The notes: generated by a model not told the origin, from the letters alone. A stretch of DNA of 64,000 nt from Fimicolochytrium jonesii (GCF_025526975.1 NW_026515668.1:1116001-1180000), one strand, 5' to 3'. Positions 24,667-38,156 are shown, numbered from the stretch's first letter. Numbers and translations are program-made.

Positions 24667-27600
24667 TCACGTCTCTGGAATGGAATCCTTTAACCTCGTC
24701 AACTCATCAAGAACCTGAGCCATGGTGGGCCGCACAAAGTGTTCTTCCGCACAGCATCTCACGGTCATATCCACCAGCTGACTCCGCACGGCGGAATTTT
24801 CCACTGGAATACTCGATATCTGCAGCCTCTCCCCTTCACAGATCTTCCAAACCACATATCCATCTTCCTGCCCCTCCCACGGAGTTTTGCGTGTGAGGCA
24901 TTGCCAGATCAGCACGCCGAACGAGTAAACGTCCCCAGCCACGGTGACTTGCTGCTCACTTTGTATGCACTCCGGTGATGCATAACGAGGGGATAGGCGG
25001 GCCTTGTTTTCGCGAGCACCGTCAGGCCGTGAGGCGCTGAAATCCCCGAGACGAGCGCGCCAGAACGAGCGGGGTTGGGCGGGCGCGCCGCTGAAATTGA
25101 GCAGCGAGGCGCGGACGGATACTCGCGATGTGTTTTTGACGCGTTCGAGAAGGACGGCGCGGGGTCGGATGCGGCCGTGCGCGAAGCCTAGCTTGTGCGT
25201 CGCTTCGGGATGTAAGGGGAGAGTAGGTGGCAATGTGCCCCGATCAGGATTCTCAATACTTACTGATGCCGAGAATGAGTGTTACAACCGAGCCAAGAGC
25301 ACATACCTATCAGCGCTTTAGCGACATCCATCAGGATCCCGAGCGCACGGGACTCGGGAAACTCAAACCGGCGGTTGCCCAGGATGAACTCCAGATCTCC
25401 CTCGTACAGATCCGAAACGATAACCCTCGGCACGGTGCAATAACCGACGATCCTCACGACGTTCTCGCTTTTGGCAAGGGCGGTCATGATTGTGACTTCG
25501 CGCACAAATGCCGCCTCAGCTTCGCTGTCGCTTTCGGCCGCATTGCGCCATACGTGCTTGACTGCGATCCGACGTGGCATGAACCCTTGATCCTTAGCCA
25601 GCGTCCCGGCGTAGATGCGCTTTTCATGGTTGTTACTGGGAAGTGGTTCTCCGATGCATAAGTCCGTGTTGTAGTTGAGTTGCAGACGTTGGGGCAGGAC
25701 AGTCTCTCCGGACGCGGCTGGTGGTTGGTCAAGTTGTGGTGGAGCTGAGCAATGGGAGTAGTCGGATTAGTTTGGGGTTACTCACCCACACCGAGTAACA
25801 TGTGCCAAAGGTATACTCACGTTTATGAGAAACTCGATGGCTACGCAGTATCATTCCAGATAGACGTGCCAATGGATTCCGCGAAGAGCTCGCTGTATTG
25901 GTCTCCGCGCCCATAACCGGAATCGAGAACCTCATCAAATCATTCTCCTTATTTCTTCCCTTCTTAGTCGGTGCAAGTGGAACTCCAGAAAACCTGATTA
26001 GGTCTTGCTCCGTCAGGCCTCCGTCGTTTTCCGTCTCCATTCCTTCCTCAACCGTGCCGAGACTTTGATCTATGTGACCGGACATCGTCATGCGCTTGCT
26101 GCGAGGGGAGCCGGATTCTTCATCCGAGCCCGACTCCCCAATGCCGGTCGTGTCCGCTGGTAATTGTGCAGACGATGGGCTTACAGCAGGTTCCTCTGCC
26201 AGCGCACCGCCGAACATCGACAACGGTCTCATTATGGCAGCCGAGATCCTTTTCGCATTGTACCGCAGGCCCGTCACAATGGAGCCGCTCATGAAATCCA
26301 TCCCCAGAGCATTCAGAGAACCCCGTTTCTCCAGCTGTTCTGCACGATGTTGCGCCATCGCGCCCTCCCATTCCACTAAGCGACGGTCTGTGGCCTCCAT
26401 CCGCTTATGGCGGTTCTTGGACCGCACGAACCAAAAGCATATACATGCGGCGGCCAAGCCTCCCGAGGCAGCGATTCCAGGGACGTACCAATGGTCTTTG
26501 ACCCACCCCTGGGAAGCGCCGCCATTAGTTAGAAAGGCTGATCCGGCACCCCCAGCGGTCGAGTTTGCGGAATCGGTCGAGTTTGATGCCAGGGGAGTTG
26601 TTGATGTGCTAGCAGCTTCCGGAGCAGAGCTCGATGAAGTGATTGGAGTGGGGGTCGTTGATGTCGTTAAACTAGAGGTCATTGATGTCGTTGATATAGA
26701 GGTCGTTGATGTCGTTGAAGTAGAGGTCGTTGTGGTGGAGGATGTTGAGCTGGAGGTAGGGGACGCAATTGGCGACACGGACACAGTGACCGACGTAATC
26801 ATGGTCTGGGTTTGAGTTTGCCACAACGTTGCAGTGGACACCGGGGGGAGTGCAACTGAGGAGCTTGTGGTGCTCGAGACACTGGAAGATGTGGAGCTGC
26901 TACTTGACGTGGAGGGAGGGGTGGTCGAGCTGGAGCTGGAGCCGCTCTCGGTCGTGCTGGTGCTCAATGTGCTTGCTGTGGACGTTTTCGATGTCGTAGT
27001 GGGCATAAAAGTCGACGTACTGGTCGAGCTGGAGCTGGAGCTGCTCTCGATTGTGCTGGTGCTCAATGTGCTTGCTGTGGAGGTTGTCGATGTCGTTGTG
27101 GGCGTAAAACTCGATGTACTGGTTGAGCTGGAGCTGGAGCTGCTCTCGATCGTGCTGGTGCTCAATGTGCTTGCCGTGGACGTTGTCGATGTTGTTGTGG
27201 GCGTAAAGGTCGACGTACTGGTATTCGGCGCGCTGGTGGACGTTGTGGTTGACGTCGAAACCGAAGGAGTTATAGAGCTCGTGGATAGGGACGTAGTGAT
27301 CTCGATAGTGGTGCTAGTGGTGCTCGATGCCGTGGTGGTCGGAGTACTTGAAGATGTTGAAGGAGATATGGTTGTTGCGAGGTACACTGTCGTGGTCTCG
27401 GTAGAAATCTGACCAGCGACAATCGAGGTGGAGGTGGTCGAAGTGCTAGACGATTCGGACGTCGGAGCAGGGAAACATGCGTGGCCTGTAGACGCCAAAG
27501 TGTATCCGCTCTGGCACACACAGGTACCAGTGGTGTCGAGCATCGCGCCACTATCGCACACGCAGGTCTTGTCCACTGTCGATGGGACTTTATCCGCGTC

Positions 27601-30600
27601 GCATACACATCTGTTGGTGATGTCTAAGTGTGTACCCGAAGGGCACTTGCATGAGTTGTCGATCGTCGAGGGAATCTTATCAGCGTCACACACGCAAAGG
27701 CCGCCGACCAAAGAGGTGCCGAATGGACAAACGCATGATTTGTTTGCAGGCGATGGGACTTTATCAGGGTCACACATACAACTGCCAGTCGAGTTCAAAC
27801 TTGCGCCAGAAGGGCATACGCACGTTTTGTCGGTGGTAGAAGGAACTTTGTCGCTATCACAAACGCATGTGCCAGCACTGTTCGCCGCCGTGCCGGATGG
27901 GCAAACGCAGCTGTTGTTGGTGGTGGAAGGCACCTTGTCGTTCTGGCAGACACATGTACCGCCGCTGCTCAGTACTGTACCGGGAGGACATATGCAAGTG
28001 TCGTTCGGTCCTGCCGGTGTTTTGTCGGCGTCGCAGACACACCCTCCAGCATTATCTGGTGACTTCCCGTAAGGGCACACACATGCGCCACTAGAGTTGA
28101 GCTCCTTTCCAGCGGGACAAGCGCATGCGTTACTGGAACCTGACTGCACTTTGTCGGAATCACAAACGCAAGTTCCAGAAGCATTCAGATGTGTGCCAGA
28201 CGGACACACACACGTGTTGTTGCTGGACACAAGAATCTTGTCGGGATTACAAACACAAGTGCCGTTAGCGTCAAGCTGCTTTCCGGCAGAACAAACGCAT
28301 GTGTTATTCGTACTTGACGGGACCTTGTCTGATTGACAAATGCAAGCCCCATTCGATTGCAAAGCCATACCGAAGGGGCACACACAGGTGTTGTCGGATG
28401 AAGATGGGACCTTGTCAGATTGGCAGACACAATGTCCACTTCCACCGGGATCAAGTTGCGTTCCTGAAGGACAGACGCACGCTCCCGTATTGTCCTGAAC
28501 TTTGTCGGAGGGACAAATACATAATCCTGCTCCACTCAACAATTTTCCCGTTGGGCACACGCAGGTGTTGTCGGCACCGGAAGGAACTTTATCGGTTTGA
28601 CAGACGCAGGTGCCTGAAGAATCGAGTTGCGTGCCCGTTGGGCATACACATTGGCCACCACTGTCTTGCGTCTTGTCATTCGGACATACGCAGGTCCCCG
28701 TTGCATCTAGAATTTGTCCGGTGGGGCATATACATGTGTTGTTCGTTGGGGAAGGGAGCTTGTCCGCCTGGCACACACAGTTGCCACTCGAAGAATCTAG
28801 CCTTCGTCCCAGAGGACATACGCAGTTGCCATTGATATCTTCGGTTTTGTCGGCAGGACAAACGCAGTGGTTATTACCGTCGAGTGATTTTCCATTGGGA
28901 CATACGCAAGTGTTGCCGCCGCTCGCGGGGATTTTGTCGCTCTCGCAAACGCATGTCCCACTCCCCAAAGGATCGACTCTCGTGCCGACTGGGCAGACAC
29001 AGTTACCGCTAGCATCCGCCATTTTGTCCGCAGGGCATACACAGACATTGCTAGCATCCAGTAATTTCCCAGTGGGGCAAACGCAGGTGTTGCCGCCGCT
29101 CGCGGGGATTTTGTCGCTCTCGCAAACGCATGTCCCACTCCCCAAAGGATCGACTCTCGTGCCAAGTGGGCAGACACAGTTACCGCTAGCATCCGCCGTT
29201 TTGTCCGCAGGGCATACACAGACATTGCTAGAATCCAGTAACTTCCCAGTGGGGCAAACGCAGGTGTTATCGGCAGTTGATGGAACTTTATCTGCCTGAC
29301 ATACACAGCTCCCGCTACCGGAAGGGTCCGTCATCGTGCCAAACGGGCATACGCAATGTCCAGTGCTGTCCTCTATTTTGTCGGCAGGGCAAACGCAGAT
29401 GTTACTGGAGTTTAACCCCTTCCCCGTCGCACAGACACATGTGTTGTTGATGGTTGAAGGAATCTTATCCGCTTGGCATACGCAGGTCGCGCTGCCACCA
29501 GGGTCAAGCTGTGTGCCAGACAGGCATACACAATGTCCAGTGCTGTCCTCTATTTTGTCGGCAGGGCAAACGCAGATGTTACTGGAGTTTAACCCCTTCC
29601 CCGTCGCACAGACACATGTGTTGTTGACGGTTGAAGGAATCTTATCCGCTTGGCATACGCAGGTCCCGCTGCCACCAGGGTCAAGCTGTGTGCCAGACGG
29701 GCATACACAATGTCCAGTGCTGTCCTCTATTTTGTCGGCGGGGCAAACGCAGACATTACTGGAGTCTAACCCTTTTCCCGTAGCACAGACACATGTGTTG
29801 TTGACGGTTGATGGAACCTTATCCGCTTGGCATACACAGGTCCCGCTGCCACCGGGGTCAAGTTGTGTGCCAAATGGGCATACGCAATGTCCAGTGCTGT
29901 CCTCTATTTTGTCGGCGGGGCAAACGCAGACGTTACTGGAGTCTAACCCTTTTCCCGTAGCACAGACACATGTGTTGTTGACGGTTGACGGAATCTTATC
30001 CGCTTGGCATACGCAGGTCCCGCTGCCACCGGGATCAAGTTGTGTGCCAAAAGGGCACACGCAAGTACCGCTGCCGTCCTCGGTTTTATCCGATGGACAG
30101 TCACAGTGACCGGTAGCTGTATTGAACGTTTTCGGCGTGACGCAATTTGCCAGGCATTGATTGTGCCATAGCTGATATCCATTTGCGCACGTGAAGCAGG
30201 CGTTGATTGCATTGCACATCGAGCAAGAGGTATCGCAGGCTACACGTCAATGGATGAGAATTCCAGACCCCAAAGCCATCCATGAGCTTCTGCTGGAGTC
30301 TGCGCTTACCTGTACAGGTTCTATCCGCTGCTGCATACTGTCCTTTAGGGCAAGCGAGAACGCATTGACCGCCTGACAGAGCGAAAGGCGCCGAGCATGC
30401 AGTGCATTGGTTTATTGCCGGCCCGCTGCATTGAGCGCAATCAGGGAAGCAGCCTGATGACACAGGACGCTCGCCGGTGAGCATTTCTTCAAGCGGTTTC
30501 ATCAGCTGTTCGACGATGTGAACCTTACCAATACATTTCGTATTTGTAGAATCGGGGTATTGCCCACTTGGGCACGATAATGGAAGGTTACATTCCCCAT

Positions 30601-32605
30601 TCGTCAATGTCGCGCCGTTTGCGCAAGATGTACAATTCCGGTAAGTTGGTCCAGAACATGTTCCACAAGCGGAATGGCATGCTAAGATGGCAGAGTGATA
30701 TTTAGCTGAATGAAATCCGATAGCACAAGAGGGTATCACCTACAACTCACCGATGCAAGTCCCGGATCCGTCATCAAGTTGTCCAGACGGACAGGGAGAG
30801 TAAACACAATTGCCATCGACAATGTTATACCCCGGAAGGCACTGTGTGCATTGCAAGTTTTCCCTCTGCGATGTCAAAGACCAGGTAGTAGCGTTATAGT
30901 AGGTAGTCTGTCGTGCGAGCGATATATTTGCATATCGATTAGCGCAGCGCACGCAGTTCACTCGACATGCTGTAACGATAAAGTGTTACTGTTTCTGGAG
31001 TCTGGTGGCAAACCTCGTGCAGCGAACAGTACGAACCATCACAATAGTTCTTCTCCGCCATCCAAACGGTTAGTGGGCCCGCGGGCCAGTCTGTATAGAC
31101 CCCGTAGCCCACGTTCCAGGGTGATAAGCCATTGTAGTTGAAGCAAGCTCCCGTTGTAGGGTCTTGTGTAGTGCAAAGCTGGCTCGTAGGGACGCCACTT
31201 TGGCTTCCCGGAACAAGAGTAGTATTAGCGTAAGGGCAATGTCCGCACTTTTCGGCGTCCCTGAGTTCCGGGCATTTAGTGGTGACACCGGCTGCGAGGA
31301 AAGAGAAGATTAGCAGATTCTTTCGTCTCTTTGCAGGCATAACCCTATCTCACCCGTGCAGTCCGTGGCTGTTACAGGTTTGCTCGTGTTGGACGTTGCC
31401 GAGTATGTTCCCTTCCAGAAATACCTCTCCGAGGCGCAGCCCGGACACGATATCGATTTACATTGCGAATCCGCGGTGACCGCCGCGGTGTCGGTGCGTT
31501 TTATGCACTGCTGCGGGAAAGTTTCATTTCGAACCAACCCCAGATGTGCACATGATGTGCAAGCACCATCACCGTCCTGGCAGGCGTGACATCCGTGCCA
31601 GCACGCTGGCACACAAAGAGGTGAGCCTCCACATTTATATTTGGATGCAAGTGATCAAGCTTACCAACGCAATCCCCGCGCACATCTCTGTAGTATCCGG
31701 TTCGACAAGAGCTGCATGGAACCCCATCAGCTCCGGTGGTGTAACCCCAAGGGCAAGTACACTTCCCCGTGGTCGTACTGCATGATCCATGGCTACCACA
31801 ATTTGTACAAGCTATTGAAATGGAGAGCTTCTCGGTGACATGGAACACACAGGCTGAATCTGGCTGCGGAGCATTTACCTGTACAGGTTGGAGTCAGACC
31901 AGCAGCGTTTTTCGTCCCGTAGTATCCAGGTGCGCATATGTCGCAAAGACCAGTAGAGCTACTAGTCCAGCCGTCTCGACAGGTACACGTCCCATTGCCG
32001 TAGATTCCATCATTACAGGTGCTATACGCGTTGCACTGGCATGGCTTACACCCCGAGCCCCAATTGTTTGCAGTGCAATCAGTGCACTGGGTCCCTGTGT
32101 AATTCGCGAAGCATGCACAGCCATTGTTCGTGCACACTCCTTTGGAAGAGCATTGTGGATTACAAGTTGCTGTGAACAAGAAGGAAGATGAGGATGATGT
32201 TGCTGTTCAAGATATGTGCCGTCCTGACTTACAGTCTACCACTAAGGCATTCCAATCTGTGGCCGAAAATCCTGATATACTCGCATCGATAGCTGAAACG
32301 CTCTCGAAAAAGACAGAAGCAGCACCTGCAGACTGGTCTCGACCGTTGAAAATGAGAGCTGCGAGGTTTGTTGGGACACCGATGGATGTTAAGGTGTCAA
32401 GGTTTGCGTTTGAGTAATTCGCATATGATGTTAGGAGGATCTGCGTTCCAGTCTGGGCTGTCCCTGAGTAGATGGCAACCTGCTGTGCCAGGACTGCATT
32501 CTATTTCAGTTTCGAAAGTCACTGGAACGGGGATATCAAAGACCCCATACCACTAATGACCCATGTCAACGCAATCAGGATCCGCAATAAGTTCAGTCCC
32601 AGCAT
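24667..32605 (-). CDS. Large single-pass receptor-like protein: signal peptide, EGF/laminin- and furin-like Cys repeats, CxC repeat array, Ser/Thr stalk, TM, cytoplasmic degenerate TKL-like kinase domain
   Basis: Exon 1 MLGLNLLRILIALTWVIS, EGF-like exons (CNPQCSSKGVC..., CQCNAYSTCNDGIYGNGTC), furin-like CHSACGTCSGP, the 1496-aa ORF with TM WYVPGIAASGGLAAACICFWFV, then exons with IAVK, FVREVTIM, YASPE, DVYSFGVLIWQCLT and RPTMAQV. All are on the minus strand and linkable by GT-AG introns. Confidence 0.82.
26930..27220 (-). repeat. Coding Ser/Thr tandem repeat (about 105-bp unit, about three copies) in the receptor stalk
   Basis: TSTFTPTTTSTTSTASTLSTSTIESSSSSSST recurs with near-identical DNA. 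Confidence 0.85.
28800..30070 (-). repeat. Coding tandem repeat, 177-bp (59-aa) unit made of four CxC modules
   Basis: CVCQADKIPSTVNNTCVCATGKGLDSSNVCVCPADKIEDSTGHCVCPFGTQLDPGGSGT recurs with near-identical DNA about four times (about 29340-30060), followed by a second subtype (CPADKTADASGNCVCP...). Confidence 0.92.
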
Positions 32606-34343
32606 ACTGATTGGACACCCCAAGTCTTCCTTGGCACACTCCGTGGGTACTGTAAATGGCGACTGCCAACGACTTTCACTGGGCAACTATTCCAAGGCAG
32701 ACGAGGCTAGATTTTGCATGCGTTTCTCCGGAAATCGGGATTGCATACCATAAGGCGGAAACTTGCCCTCCAGATATATATCATTGTTAGCGGGCCCATG
32801 AGAGTATTGCGAAATCCAAGACGATTACAAACAACGTCGATCTGCCCCACGTCATAACATCCTGAAGGATGCCACGGAACCGGGTGGCATCTCGTCGCGG
32901 GTTTCGACACGCTTCCGTAACAGGCACAAGCCCATCTGGCCTGAAGCGGATTGAAGTAGGAGCTTCGCGGGTACGGACGGATGTTGACGGTTCAGCTTCA
33001 GTGCTTGATAGAGCCATCGTCTGCTTTTGTCGTTTCTTACGGCCCGCCTGGAGCTGTAGGACTGAAAGAGTGAGACTGGACGAAAGCTTTTCTCCAGGCA
33101 AAGGTACTGCAAGGTTGGGGACAGACTTGCAGAAGTTCTCCGGTAGGATTGACGGCAGTTTTTAAAACGCTTGCCCGATGTTTCGTGAAGCGAGCGGCTG
33201 TAGGAACGAAGGCTGATTCTTGAAGGGAACGAAAGTCTTTTAGTCTCTTCTTTCGTTCCCTTGTTCGGACGCTGTCTCGTATCAAAGAGTTTACCTTAAG
33301 CTTGAGGTTCTCTGCAAGAAAGCAGGGGACAGGAGAAAGAAAACGCGAACCTTGACGAAGTTTTGAAGGACTGTTTGGTACATGTATCGGAACGGGAACA
33401 CGATGAGGGAAGTTGGCCAAGAGTTTCTCGATGATCCTGCAGCGAGTATATATCGAAATTCGAGCGGAGTTAGGCTAATGCTCATGACATCACACCATTT
33501 GTGACGCGTTCGAAATGCGGGTTGGACCTGGACGAGCAAGGCGGCTTATTGCACTACGAAGCGGGCAAGACCCTAAGAACTGATATTCACTTGCAAGCGA
33601 GAGGCCGTTTTTTCGATCTCGTCTGTGTTCTGCGAAGGCGCTGGAATGGGGAATTATGTGTATTTGGGCGACCGTACTCCAAACATGGCTACAAAAACAT
33701 AAGACACAATACCCTCTACTGCGAACAAGAAAGCGTGAGAAAAAAGGGAAAGAGTACAGGTCCACCGTATTTATAAGGAGAAGCGGAGGAACTAAAAGCA
33801 GCGGGCAAGGCCCTATGCTTCATGAGCGTCGAGAGAGAGAACCGCAAGTCTAAACCATTCCTCTGTTAATACAGTATCAACCCACAGACCTCGCCTCATA
33901 GCGAGAAATGTGCACCGAATACGTGGCGTAAGGACCTCAGTTGTGGGTATGTATGACATTTGAGTGCCGCAGAGTGGTTGTCTTGGAACAATGGCTAATG
34001 GACGCTACTCTGAACTGGGAATAGGGATGTTCGCACTCGGTCTCGGTTGCCGGTCAAGGTCAATTGGTCAAGACAGAGAGTGAGCCAGAATTATGTCGTA
34101 TTATGTAGAGATAGTTCTGTGCGTTGGCTGTGGATAACCCCCCCGTGCACAGCATCCTGCACGTATACCCATAGGATAGCATAGTTAACCCCATACAGTG
34201 CCGAAGGGCATGGGTTTAGTCAGTCTTGTACTGTACACCGGTGATGACGTTATAATCGCAAAGACGCTTACGCCGGAAGTGACAGCGCGTCAAAGCGAGC
34301 ACATTCATTTTCGCCAGAGTGACAGAGCGCCAAAAGCGAGCAT

Positions 34344-36509
34344 TTGAGGTTTCTGCACAATATGGGAATCGACGTGGGTTACGTACCGCTCGATGCCATA
34401 GTGACCGGAAATCTGCGGGAGGCGGATTTGCTTCCGCGCCACAAATATCAGCAGAAGCACGCTGGTGTAAAACGAGCGGTTGAACGGAAGAAAATACTAC
34501 GCGAGCAACAGAATCAGCAAGAACACTTACCCTACGTGCCTCTATGGCGATGGCTCCCTCCAAAACAGACCGAAGAGCCCGGAGAGGCGGATGCAAAAAA
34601 GTACCAGCACCAGCAGGAGATGTTGAGGCACTTGCGCTCGAGGGCGAAACTATTTGGTTTGAGTTTTCGAGCTTGCGCGGACGACGAACCGGATGTCCAC
34701 TCCATTAGCTTCTTGACCCCACCGCACTCGGCCACTGGCTTGGAGAACGCGGAGTATCAGAAGGATCTTTCAGCATACGGTGTGCAAGAGAGGCAAGGAA
34801 GAACGATCAGCTCGGCCGCGGAACGCGATAATCGACGACACGGTCTAAACAAGTCCATTGATGAAACAGTTTCAAAGACATCCGCGATAGATTCGCAAAT
34901 GACGAAATCGTCCGATAGTAGTCAGAATACCCGAGGAGGACCCAAAGAGACGTTTTCTCAGCCCGCCGCACGTATATCGGGGCCTTCGCTTTCTTTGTCA
35001 CCACCATGGTCCCCGGGACATGAAACGAAAGGCCAGGAAGACTCGTCGAATGGGAGCCGCTGCATCGCCATTGCACTAGTAACGCCGTCCCCACCCTCAT
35101 CCAGGCCGACGACCTCTCCCGCTACTGCGGGGAAACCGAAACCAAAAACGGCGCCCGATAAACCACAAAAAATCGAATTCACGCTATCCGACGCCTTCAC
35201 TAAATCGCGCCGGCGAGCACGGAAGGCTTGCCAGCGTGCTATTTCGCGAGAAGTACGGGCGCGCAGTGGACGGGTACGGATCAAGCACGGGAGGAACAAC
35301 ACAGATAGAGATAGGCCTTTAGAACGGGGCCGCAACGTTAAGTTCTCCATGAGCCATGAACGTCAGTCACAAAAAGATGTTAACCTCTTGTCGGACCGAC
35401 GAGTGGCGGGTTCTTATGCCGCAGGGCAACAGTCACTGTCAGACTCACGGGGCGGACTTGGCTCAAGAGAGGATTATCGGAGTGGAGGTCGCGCAGGTAG
35501 TGAGCCGGGAAAGAGCCCTTCTGAGCTATTCAACAACTCCAACGACTCAAATTTCAGCAGCACCGACGACGATGACGACGACGATGTGGACGAGCTGCTC
35601 TTTGGTTCAGTGGAGGGATGGAACACGGAAGGCGGAGATGAAGGGCACGAGCTGTATCTATGGACACAGGCCGCTCGAGAGCTGCGCACAACCATTTCGG
35701 AGGCCAGCCTGCAGTCACACCCGTATGCATTTCCGGAACCTCGGAGCTCTGCTCAACCACAGAAGGAGGGCGCAAGTGGCCGGGCGGATAATATGGCCTC
35801 AAAATCGGCGGACGTTGATGAGAGACAGAGAAAGACCGCGAGATCGAACGCGAAGAGTTGGTCGCAACGGCTGAATGATTCATCGACGGTCAATGTTCAC
35901 CAGCCGAATACTTCCAAGGAGCCCGCGATGGAAAAAATTGATACCTCCAGCAATGGGACAACCATGTCTTTGGACCCCTCCAACCCTACCGCCTCAATCC
36001 AAGCCGAAGTCTCACGTGCATCTCTCTCATCAAGAGGCACACCCCACGTCCTCCCCTTCGCCGACGCCGAGAAAGCGCTCGGAAACACCGCGATCTCACC
36101 GCCGGGACCCGAACCGACCCCGCACGCCATCTTAGCGCAAAAGGGCAATCTCGCAACATACCGCAGAGGCGCGGGATATACCTGCACACAACGATTACCG
36201 CCGCCCGTCCGCAGTATTCCATCCGCGCGGTCGGCACCGTGTTTGTTGGATGCACACGGGACTCGGAGCGCTACCCCCAGACTGGAGCTTCCTGTCGTCC
36301 GGCCGAGTACTTTGCGGCATTTATCGAATCGCGGGGAAGCGCAGCAGCGGCAGCGGACCGGGCGACCTAAGCCGACGAGGACGGCCGTCCCCGGTCCTAC
36401 AGCAGATCCGCCTCCGAAGGTCAAGGTTGATGAGATGGAGGCGGACCGAACTGGCCGAGAGGCAAAGCAGGAGGGCCCCGAACCGCTCAAACTTCCTGTG
36501 TTGCGTTAA
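34344..36509 (+). CDS. Hypothetical low-complexity, probably disordered protein; true start may lie in an upstream exon
   Basis: A 721-codon open frame rich in Ser/Arg/Pro with an acidic DDDDDD tract. No recognisable domain. Confidence 0.6.
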   Translation: MRFLHNMGIDVGYVPLDAIVTGNLREADLLPRHKYQQKHAGVKRAVERKKILREQQNQQEHLPYVPLWRWLPPKQTEEPGEADAKKYQHQQEMLRHLRSRAKLFGLSFRACADDEPDVHSISFLTPPHSATGLENAEYQKDLSAYGVQERQGRTISSAAERDNRRHGLNKSIDETVSKTSAIDSQMTKSSDSSQNTRGGPKETFSQPAARISGPSLSLSPPWSPGHETKGQEDSSNGSRCIAIALVTPSPPSSRPTTSPATAGKPKPKTAPDKPQKIEFTLSDAFTKSRRRARKACQRAISREVRARSGRVRIKHGRNNTDRDRPLERGRNVKFSMSHERQSQKDVNLLSDRRVAGSYAAGQQSLSDSRGGLGSREDYRSGGRAGSEPGKSPSELFNNSNDSNFSSTDDDDDDDVDELLFGSVEGWNTEGGDEGHELYLWTQAARELRTTISEASLQSHPYAFPEPRSSAQPQKEGASGRADNMASKSADVDERQRKTARSNAKSWSQRLNDSSTVNVHQPNTSKEPAMEKIDTSSNGTTMSLDPSNPTASIQAEVSRASLSSRGTPHVLPFADAEKALGNTAISPPGPEPTPHAILAQKGNLATYRRGAGYTCTQRLPPPVRSIPSARSAPCLLDAHGTRSATPRLELPVVRPSTLRHLSNRGEAQQRQRTGRPKPTRTAVPGPTADPPPKVKVDEMEADRTGREAKQEGPEPLKLPVLR

Positions 36510-38156
36510 TCATGACAGATCATGCGCTGGTGCAAGGTTTTACTGGGATTGATTGATAATTGATATGCACTAACCATCAGAGCAAGGACTCAGAATGTCT
36601 AGCTAGATACCTGGGAGGAATAGCTAGAATGTAGGCAGCGTCCGAGGAGTGTAGATTTTTAGGCATAGCTTCTCTAATCATAGGTTAAGGGTTCTTACGA
36701 TAATGTGGGTACCCATGAAGAAAATAGGGTTCATTCTAATGGATAGACGCAATCAAACCACGATAGCCTGCTCCATATATCAATGAATTATTCGAGATAG
36801 ACCTTTCATAATCAACAGTTTTATTCGATTTCATCAACCAAGCTGTTACATATGCTGGCACAGATACAATTGGGGGAGACAGTTAGGTGAAGGATATAGA
36901 AAAGTAGAATGTTCCCGACATATCCGGGAAACTGGAGAAGCTATATAACGATACAAAATGTCAGAACACGAATGAACAAGCAAGTCGTAAAGAAAGCAGA
37001 CGTGATCAAAACAGGGGAGAGACGACCCAAGGAGGGCGGTAAGTAAGACAACTGAAAAATGTCATGCGGGTCCACCGCAGGTTCAACCTGCATATGGCTG
37101 TCGCCACTCGGTAAAGGTGGTAAGTGTCGGAGTAGAACATCGAAAACGAAAATATCATGTCGGAGTAAAGCGTTGTGACTAGGCGGTAGCAAAAGACTGT
37201 GTAATTGATCACACGGAGTCCAACCGACCACATACGGCGGAGGGCGGTGAACAGAAGGGAGGTGGAGAGTAGCCGGGGAGGATAGTGGTTGCCAAGGATT
37301 TGGGATGACGGCCCAAGTGCGGGGTGGGAAGACCCGTCGATGGCAAAGGGGCCATGCGAGGGAAACGGGAATGGTGTGTCGGGGATGGTTGAGGCGGCGG
37401 GAGGGAGTGGAGGGCGGACATCGAGATGGTAGAAAAGACGAGAGTGCGGGGTAAGAAAGCTGGGGAAGCAATGGGTTTAATGCGCTCGAAAGTCGTGCTA
37501 ACGACCGCGACAGCAGTTATAAGACTTGTAGTTCGGAATAACTGTTCGCGTACTGACGAAGCGTCTGATGGGCGACTGTCGATGATGGTCTATGGACCGG
37601 GCGTATGACCGCAGGCGAACCATGCTGGGGGAGGGGATCAAACTTGGATAAGACATGGTCGCCCTAGGGGCGTCGTGGGTCGGACATCGAGGCAATCCTT
37701 GGTTCCAGACACCCTTGGCTACGCGGAAGGGGATCTCGGGTTTGGTGCCTACTCTGTAACGCCCACGTAGGCGAGACCCTGGGGATTTCAACCAGGAAGG
37801 CGTGCATCTCGTATCCATCGGATGCTCGAAGACCGCGCAGCAGAGCGATGATTCACCCGTGGGCAAGTTTATCAATGCTCCAGAATATCGTGCCCCTGCC
37901 CCAGAAGGGAGGATACGGATGTGGGGGACTGGGGCGGCGATGAATCGCTGACTCCCTCTGCCCGGGACGGTGGTGGCATGCCTGTGGCAGGTTTTGGAGA
38001 ACGAATATCCAGAACGTACGAGAGCATGGCGGAAGAGGTCGTCATCGTTTTTGCACACAGATGAGGAAACTTGGGTTGCGAGAAACCACTAAGTGCAATG
38101 AAAGGAGAACGCGCGACTCGGATGGAGACTCGCCGTGTCAGTCAATCGGTAGGCCG

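Noticed and set aside
28800..30070. Regularly spaced repeats resembling a CRISPR array
   Set aside because: They are in-frame coding repeats with no unique spacers, in a eukaryotic gene with no cas genes nearby.
26090..30109. Long plus-strand ORFs opposite the receptor gene
   Set aside because: Antisense shadows of repetitive Cys/Thr/Ser codons.
36941..38058. Minus-strand ORFs of 176 and 186 aa
   Set aside because: No recognisable domain or convincing splice model. A small gene cannot be excluded.
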